From assembly GCA_903848935.1 (NCBI GenBank), contig CAINHO010000015.1:4426-68425 (forward strand): DNA of 64,000 bases. The letters are read 5' to 3'. A program made the translations under genes and the position numbers. Under the pieces are notes generated by a model. That model had not been told where the DNA came from and ran no database searches. It was given only the letters and a program-made list of their open reading frames with translations. Positions 59,076 to 64,000 of the stretch are shown here, piece by piece; the stretch's first letter is position 1; each line of letters begins with the position of its first letter. Source of the DNA: an uncultured Pseudomonadota bacterium (lineage in GTDB: Bacteria; Pseudomonadota; Gammaproteobacteria; Methylococcales; Methylomonadaceae).

Positions 59076-59945
59076 TTAGTTTAGCACAGTATTTGTGTTG
59101 CTGAGTGCTAACGCTGCCTGATAAATTGGTTTCTTTTTTCCGCCTGTAATTTCAACTGTTAATTCCACCGCTTTTTTAACGCTACATTCCGTCAGTAATA
59201 ATTTCAAAATACGCTCTTGTTCAGGTGCAATTGTATTTTCGGACACATCAATTTTCACCGCACCTTCAACAATAACAACAAATTCACCGCGCCGCATATT
59301 CGCATCGGTTTCGACCAACGTTAACATTTCGGCGAGCGGTAATTTTACAATTGTTTCATGTAATTTGGTTAATTCGCGGGCAATCACAATCGAGCGTTCC
59401 GGTGGTAAAACGGCTGTCATATCCTGCAAGCAATCTAAAATTCGATGGCACGATTCATAAAAAATCCACGTTGTTGAAATCGCCGACCGTTCTACGAAAA
59501 ATGTTTGGCGAGCTGACGAAGTTCGCGGCGTAAAACCTTCAAACGTAAACGGTGTAATTGCCACACCCGCTGCAGATAAAGCTGCAATTAACGCGCACGC
59601 GCCGACAATTGGCACAACGGTTAAGTTCGCCTCATGAACGGCTTTAACCACGGGCATTCCTGGATCACTGATTAACGGCGTACCTGCATCTGAAACCAGT
59701 GCAATAGATAATCCTGAACGTAATTTTTCGACAATTTCACTAGCCGCTTTGTCTTCGTTATGCTGATGCAAGGCGATAACTTTATTGCTAATCCCATAAT
59801 GTTGCAGCAGCATTCGGACGTGGCGGGTATCTTCGGCGGCAATTAAATCCACGCTTTTTAAAGTTTCAATCGCACGAAACGTAATATCTGCTAAATTGCC
59901 AATCGGCGTGGCAACAATGTATAACTTACCCATTTCTTGAATCAT
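59076..59945 (-). CDS. rsmI: 16S rRNA (cytidine1402-2'-O)-methyltransferase RsmI
   Basis: 289 aa. LYIVATPIGNLADIT.RA...L..VDLIAAEDTR, SDAGTPLISDPG. Confidence 0.93.
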   Translation of the reverse strand: MIQEMGKLYIVATPIGNLADITFRAIETLKSVDLIAAEDTRHVRMLLQHYGISNKVIALHQHNEDKAASEIVEKLRSGLSIALVSDAGTPLISDPGMPVVKAVHEANLTVVPIVGACALIAALSAAGVAITPFTFEGFTPRTSSARQTFFVERSAISTTWIFYESCHRILDCLQDMTAVLPPERSIVIARELTKLHETIVKLPLAEMLTLVETDANMRRGEFVVIVEGAVKIDVSENTIAPEQERILKLLLTECSVKKAVELTVEITGGKKKPIYQAALALSNTNTVLN

Positions 59946-59965
59946 TTTTTTCTCGGTTAGAATTT

Positions 59966-60349
59966 ATGACTGCCTATCTTAAACCAAAACCTAAAGCTGC
60001 CCACTTACTACGCGGTGAACAATCTGAACAACACGCTTGTGATTTTTTAATCGCACAAGGGCTGACGCTGGTTGAGCGCAACTTTCGGTGTCCTTATGGC
60101 GAACTCGATTTAATCATGAAAGACGGTAAAACGTTGGTGATTGTCGAAGTGCGTTATCGCAAAAATGCGAAATTCGGCAGTGCATTAGAAAGTGTGACGC
60201 GCTCGAAACAAATGAAAATTATTGCCGCAACGGAAGTTTATTTAAATACGTTGCCCAGCGATGACTTGATGCCGATGCGTTTTGACGTGGTGGGAATTTT
60301 AGGGGAGGGCGATTTGCAGTGGGTGAAAAATGCGTTTGAAACCTATTAG
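59966..60349 (+). CDS. yraN: YraN-family (UPF0102) endonuclease-like protein
   Basis: 127 aa. GEQSEQHACDFLIAQGLTLVERNFRCPYGELDLIMKDGKTLVIVEVRYR...RFDVV. Divergent from rsmI, as in other gammaproteobacteria. Confidence 0.9.
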   Translation: MTAYLKPKPKAAHLLRGEQSEQHACDFLIAQGLTLVERNFRCPYGELDLIMKDGKTLVIVEVRYRKNAKFGSALESVTRSKQMKIIAATEVYLNTLPSDDLMPMRFDVVGILGEGDLQWVKNAFETY

Positions 60350-60369
60350 GGCGGATTTTGAATCCGCCC
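60349..60369. terminator. 9-bp hairpin between convergent yraN and mltD
   Basis: GGGCGGATT-TTG-AATCCGCCC. No strong T-run on either side, so function as a terminator is tentative. Confidence 0.45.
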
Positions 60370-60377
60370 AAACGAAA

Positions 60378-61811
60378 TTAACCGTGTTTAGACTTTTTGT
60401 TTTGAGACGTATTTTTCGTTACGGCAGCAACATTTACAGGCGTTTTCGCTACAGGTTTTTGACCTTTCGTCACGGCTTTAGTTTTCTCTGCTAACGCTTT
60501 GTTATTTACAGAAATCTTTTGCGCCATCGCAACGATGTGATTCGTCGGTATTTTTATGGATTTGCCTTTCACATTGTCTTTGCTTTTTGAAGCAACGCTA
60601 ACTGATTTCTTATCGTTTTTATCCGACTTTTTAGCAGTCAACAAGGCTTTGACGCTTTGTTTAGACGTTACTTTTGCAATAATTTTCACAGATTCAGCTT
60701 TCGCTTTATGAACGGTCACAGTAGGTTTTGACTCTAAATAAATCGCCGTACTTTCATCATCATCTGCAGGATAACTTTCAGTAATCCATTGTTCAAATGG
60801 TAATTGCGCCAAGTTTTCTTTGAATGATTCGGCTTTTGCCACAGGAATCAACAAGCGGCGAGGACCTGAACCTTCAGGTGCAGTTTTTGATTTATTGAAA
60901 CCAGGATTTAGTTTCATAAAATCGTGCAACGACATATCCGCCATTTCAGCGGCTTTGTTTAAATTCAACTGTGAATCTAAATGAACGACTTCAAAATAAG
61001 GTTTATTTGGAATGTGGTGCAAATTCACATTGTATTCATCGGCATGCGCGAAAATCTTCGCAATCGCTAATAAACGAGGTACATAATTTGATGTTTCTTC
61101 AGGCATTCTCAATGACCAATAATCTGTCGGCATATTGCGACCTTCATTGTGTTCAATTGATTTTTTAACGTTACCTTTGCCCCAGTTATATGACGCAAGA
61201 GCCAACAACCAATCACCATCAAACGTTTCGCTAAGTTGTTTTAAATAAGTCGTGGCGGCTTTCGTCGAAGCATAAACGTCGCGGCGACCGTCGTACCAAG
61301 AATTTTGTTGTAAGCCAAACATTCGACCGGTTGCCGGCATAAATTGCCACAAACCCGACGCATCGACTCGAGAATTGGCATTCGGCACAAACGCACTTTC
61401 GACCACAGGTAATAACGCCAATTCACCTGGGATATTTTTGGCTTCTATTTCGTCGAGAATGAGGTGCAAATAAGGCTCAGCGCGGTGTTGAATTGTATTT
61501 AACGCTTGCGGATGATTCAAATACCAATCGATTTCACGATCAATACGATCGTTTTCAATTTTTGGTAGTGAATACAAAGATAGCAACCGTTCCCAAACGG
61601 TGTCCTTGTGAGAAGCGGCAGTTTTACTGATTTCCGTTTTGTTTATCGGTTGATAATTTTGATAGTAATGATCAACATAAGCGTTATTTTCTTCAGGAGA
61701 GAGTTCGGTAATAGTCAGCGCATCTTTCGCATTTTGCGAACAACCAGCAGCTGTGAGCGTCATCAACATCACTAATAAATTAACGTGTCTGTTTAGTTTT
61801 ACTGGCATCAT
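60378..61811 (-). CDS. mltD: membrane-bound lytic murein transglycosylase D-like lipoprotein with Lys-rich C-terminal tail
   Basis: 477 aa. Lipobox LTAAGC, SLT domain (LPVVESAFVPNANSRVDASGLWQFMPATG...ALASYNWG), one LysM-like segment, then a roughly 130-aa K/S/V-rich tail. Confidence 0.85.
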   Translation of the reverse strand: MMPVKLNRHVNLLVMLMTLTAAGCSQNAKDALTITELSPEENNAYVDHYYQNYQPINKTEISKTAASHKDTVWERLLSLYSLPKIENDRIDREIDWYLNHPQALNTIQHRAEPYLHLILDEIEAKNIPGELALLPVVESAFVPNANSRVDASGLWQFMPATGRMFGLQQNSWYDGRRDVYASTKAATTYLKQLSETFDGDWLLALASYNWGKGNVKKSIEHNEGRNMPTDYWSLRMPEETSNYVPRLLAIAKIFAHADEYNVNLHHIPNKPYFEVVHLDSQLNLNKAAEMADMSLHDFMKLNPGFNKSKTAPEGSGPRRLLIPVAKAESFKENLAQLPFEQWITESYPADDDESTAIYLESKPTVTVHKAKAESVKIIAKVTSKQSVKALLTAKKSDKNDKKSVSVASKSKDNVKGKSIKIPTNHIVAMAQKISVNNKALAEKTKAVTKGQKPVAKTPVNVAAVTKNTSQNKKSKHG

Positions 61812-61896
61812 TTGACCTTTGTAGTTACGAAGTGTTTTGATTATAGTAAGTTTTTAGCCCAAAATCATTAAAACCACCTTAAATTGAGTAGTCATT

Positions 61897-62607
61897 ATGA
61901 AACGCGATTTTTTATTTGCTTATTACCAAACGCCGCGCGGAAAATTATTGAAAGAGCTTGAAGTCGCTTATTTACAGCGTTCTATTACGGTCGGATGTCA
62001 GCAAACAATTTTGCAAGTTGGCGGTCTCGGTTGGGAAAATAAATTTATCGATTGTTCGCTATATCAGAATTTTTCGGTGCTGGATGCCAAGCAATTAGGT
62101 TGGGATGGCGCACGGAAAATTCAAGCCAAATCTTATGCTTTGCCGATTCAAAGTAATTCTATTGATATGATTATCGTGCCGCATTTACTGGAATTTGACG
62201 CGGCACGTTTTCAAACGTTTAGAGAATTGGAGCGCGTTTTGAAACCCGAAGGTATTTTATTAGTATTAAATTTTAATCCATGGAGTTTTTGGGTGCGTTA
62301 TCAATACTTACTAGATAAACGATTGGCGTATTCGTGGCGTGGACATTTTATTTCACGATCACGGTTATTTGATTGGTTAAAATTATTGAATTTTGAAGTC
62401 ACTAACAAAACGGAGTTTTATTTGGATTGTACCAAAACACAGAATGGAATGGACGCGCTCAATAGTTTTGCATTTACATCTACAGCGTATGCGGTGAAAG
62501 CGATTAAGCGGCGATTTAATCCAATTCCAATAACTGAAATTAAAACATTTATGCCGCGTTTAGCTGTGGCGAATCCCATGGCGGCAACGGTGGAACATCA
62601 TGACTGA
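61897..62607 (+). CDS. class I SAM-dependent methyltransferase (YafS-like position upstream of rnhA)
   Basis: 236 aa. [39 protein letters not shown]. Overlaps the rnhA start by 8 nt. Confidence 0.75.
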   Translation: MKRDFLFAYYQTPRGKLLKELEVAYLQRSITVGCQQTILQVGGLGWENKFIDCSLYQNFSVLDAKQLGWDGARKIQAKSYALPIQSNSIDMIIVPHLLEFDAARFQTFRELERVLKPEGILLVLNFNPWSFWVRYQYLLDKRLAYSWRGHFISRSRLFDWLKLLNFEVTNKTEFYLDCTKTQNGMDALNSFAFTSTAYAVKAIKRRFNPIPITEIKTFMPRLAVANPMAATVEHHD

Positions 62608-63037
62608 ACCGGTGATTATTTATACCGATGGCGCGTGTCGCGGTAATCCAGGGAAGGGCGGTTGGGGTGCGATTTTGCGTTACAAAGGCACAATCAAAGA
62701 ATTGCACGGCGGCGAACGTGATACCACCAATAATCGAATGGAATTGATGGCGGCAATTGCAGCGTTGGAAGCCTTGAATAAACCATGTGCCGTTCAGTTA
62801 CACATTGATTCAAAATACGTTTTAGATGGGATTACGAAATGGCTGCCGAATTGGAAAAAAGCGGGTTGGAAAACGGCGGCTAAAAAACCGGTAAAAAATG
62901 AAGATTTGTGGCGGCGTTTAGATACTGCAATTCAGCCGCATACAATTGATTGGCGTTGGGTCAAAGGACATTCTGGTAATCAAGGTAATGAACGCGCCGA
63001 TGCGTTGGCGAATTTAGGGGTTGATTCGTTGCGGTGA
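62600..63037 (+). CDS. rnhA: ribonuclease HI
   Basis: 145 aa. [47 protein letters not shown]. Confidence 0.97.
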   Translation: MTEPVIIYTDGACRGNPGKGGWGAILRYKGTIKELHGGERDTTNNRMELMAAIAALEALNKPCAVQLHIDSKYVLDGITKWLPNWKKAGWKTAAKKPVKNEDLWRRLDTAIQPHTIDWRWVKGHSGNQGNERADALANLGVDSLR

Positions 63038-63111
63038 GTCTCGGAAGTATTTACCGATAGTCGCACAATCAAACCTAATATTTTGTTAAAACCACTGATG
63101 GTTAGTCCACT

Positions 63112-64000
63112 ATGAAAATTAAAAATTACTTATTCAATTTGCCGCCCACAAACACTCAAACCTCGTTGCGACGCAACGCGCTTTATTTGGCAATTATGGC
63201 GATTTTGTACCCCGCCGTTTCGTCGGCAAATCCCAATCATGCCCAAGTGATTAGCGGTCAAGTCAGCATTGATCAATCGGTTGCTGGCATAACAACGGTA
63301 ACAAATTCGCCGAATGCGATTATCAATTGGCAGGATTTCAATATCGCCCAACATGAAATCACTCGATTCATTCAACAAAACGGACAAAGTGCGGTGTTGA
63401 ATCGAATCATCGGTGGCACTCCGAGTGAGATTTTGGGTTCATTGTTTTCAAACGGTCAGGTGTTTTTGATTAACCCGAATGGCATTGTGTTTGGTGCGGG
63501 TTCACAAATCGACACGCAAGGCTTGATTGCATCGAGTTTAAATCTCAGCGACAACGATTTTCAAAAAGGGAATTTTCATTTTATCGCCGGTTCAAAAGCA
63601 GGCGATATTTCTAACGAAGGCATTATTCACGCGGGCAAAGATGGCAATATCGTCCTGATTGCGCCGAACATCGAAAATAAAGGCATTATCCAAAGCGAAG
63701 GCGGCAAAATCGTTTTAGCGGCGGGGCAAGAATTGATTTTGACCAACATGGATGACCCTGAAATTCGTTTTCAAGTTCAAGCCCCAAAAAATCAGGTCTT
63801 AAACATCGGACAACTGTTAACCGAAGGCGGCGCGATTAACGTATTTGCAGGTTCGATTAAACACAGCGGCGATATGAATGCCGATAGCGTTGAAGTTGAT
63901 AAACAAGGCAACATTCGTTTGGTTGCCAAAGGCGATGTGACGCTCGACAAAGACAGCAAAATCTCAGCGAATAATGAAAAAGGCGAAGCAGGCAAAATTG
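63112..64000 (+). CDS. two-partner-secretion exoprotein (filamentous hemagglutinin family), N-terminal TPS domain; continues beyond the right edge
   Basis: Own translation from ATG 63112: MKIKNYLFNLPP...AILYPAVSSANPNHAQVISGQVSIDQSVAGITTVTNSPNAIINWQDFNIAQHEITRFIQQNGQSAVLNRIIGGTPSEILGSLFSNGQVFLINPNGIVFGAGSQIDTQGLIASSL... It has the classic haemagglutination-activity (TPS) domain with the NPNG motif. It is absent from the ORF track because there is no stop codon in the window. Confidence 0.9.
   Translation, partial: MKIKNYLFNLPPTNTQTSLRRNALYLAIMAILYPAVSSANPNHAQVISGQVSIDQSVAGITTVTNSPNAIINWQDFNIAQHEITRFIQQNGQSAVLNRIIGGTPSEILGSLFSNGQVFLINPNGIVFGAGSQIDTQGLIASSLNLSDNDFQKGNFHFIAGSKAGDISNEGIIHAGKDGNIVLIAPNIENKGIIQSEGGKIVLAAGQELILTNMDDPEIRFQVQAPKNQVLNIGQLLTEGGAINVFAGSIKHSGDMNADSVEVDKQGNIRLVAKGDVTLDKDSKISANNEKGEAGKI

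Noticed and set aside
58713-59084. A 123-aa plus-strand ORF in the track.
   Set aside because: It lies exactly antisense to the RNase P RNA gene, so the open frame is coincidental.

Overview
The window reads as a chromosomal segment of a moderately AT-rich gammaproteobacterium, judged from gene content and synteny; the taxon cannot be named from sequence alone. Most of it is conserved housekeeping. Left to right: a partial moeB/thiF-like gene, groES-groEL, a nirF plus siroheme-decarboxylase trio, rpoH, era-rnc, comEC, rluB, lepA-lepB, tyrA-hisC, recJ, yciB-yciI-bolA, moaC, lpxD, maf-rng and a Lon-like protease. Then comes a complete dcw cluster on the minus strand (rsmH-ftsL-ftsI-murE-murF-mraY-murD-ftsW-murG-murC-murB/ddl-ftsQ-ftsA-ftsZ-lpxC), followed by RNase P RNA, rsmI, yraN, mltD, rnhA and the 5' end of a two-partner-secretion exoprotein. 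I recognised no tRNA, rRNA, CRISPR array, transposase or integrase. Accessory-looking DNA is limited to four small islets. (1) 2.4-4.45 kb holds an XRE regulator, a hypothetical gene, hicBA and a host-attachment-family gene, each followed by the same hairpin motif. (2) 12.1-13.8 kb holds a secreted PKD/DUF1566 protein. (3) 15.0-17.2 kb holds a truncated KaiC-like ATPase divergent from two tandem XRE/coiled-coil paralogues and a small secreted protein. (4) 19.9-22.0 kb holds a degenerate GGDEF protein convergent with a DUF342/FapA-like protein. The most notable sequence-level observations are five. A frame-shifting 10-bp x3 tandem repeat sits at the start of one XRE gene. murB and ddl form one in-frame fusion ORF. 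An orphan sdhA follows lpxC with no spacer and is followed by a hemerythrin-PAS-GGDEF gene. mraZ is absent, so rnpB sits directly upstream of rsmH. A stand-alone GGDEF domain keeps the RxxD I-site but has lost the active site. I found no clearly novel multi-gene system. The 15-17 kb islet and the repeat-bearing XRE genes are the best candidates for something undescribed. All functional calls rest on by-eye motif and family recognition, not on database searches.
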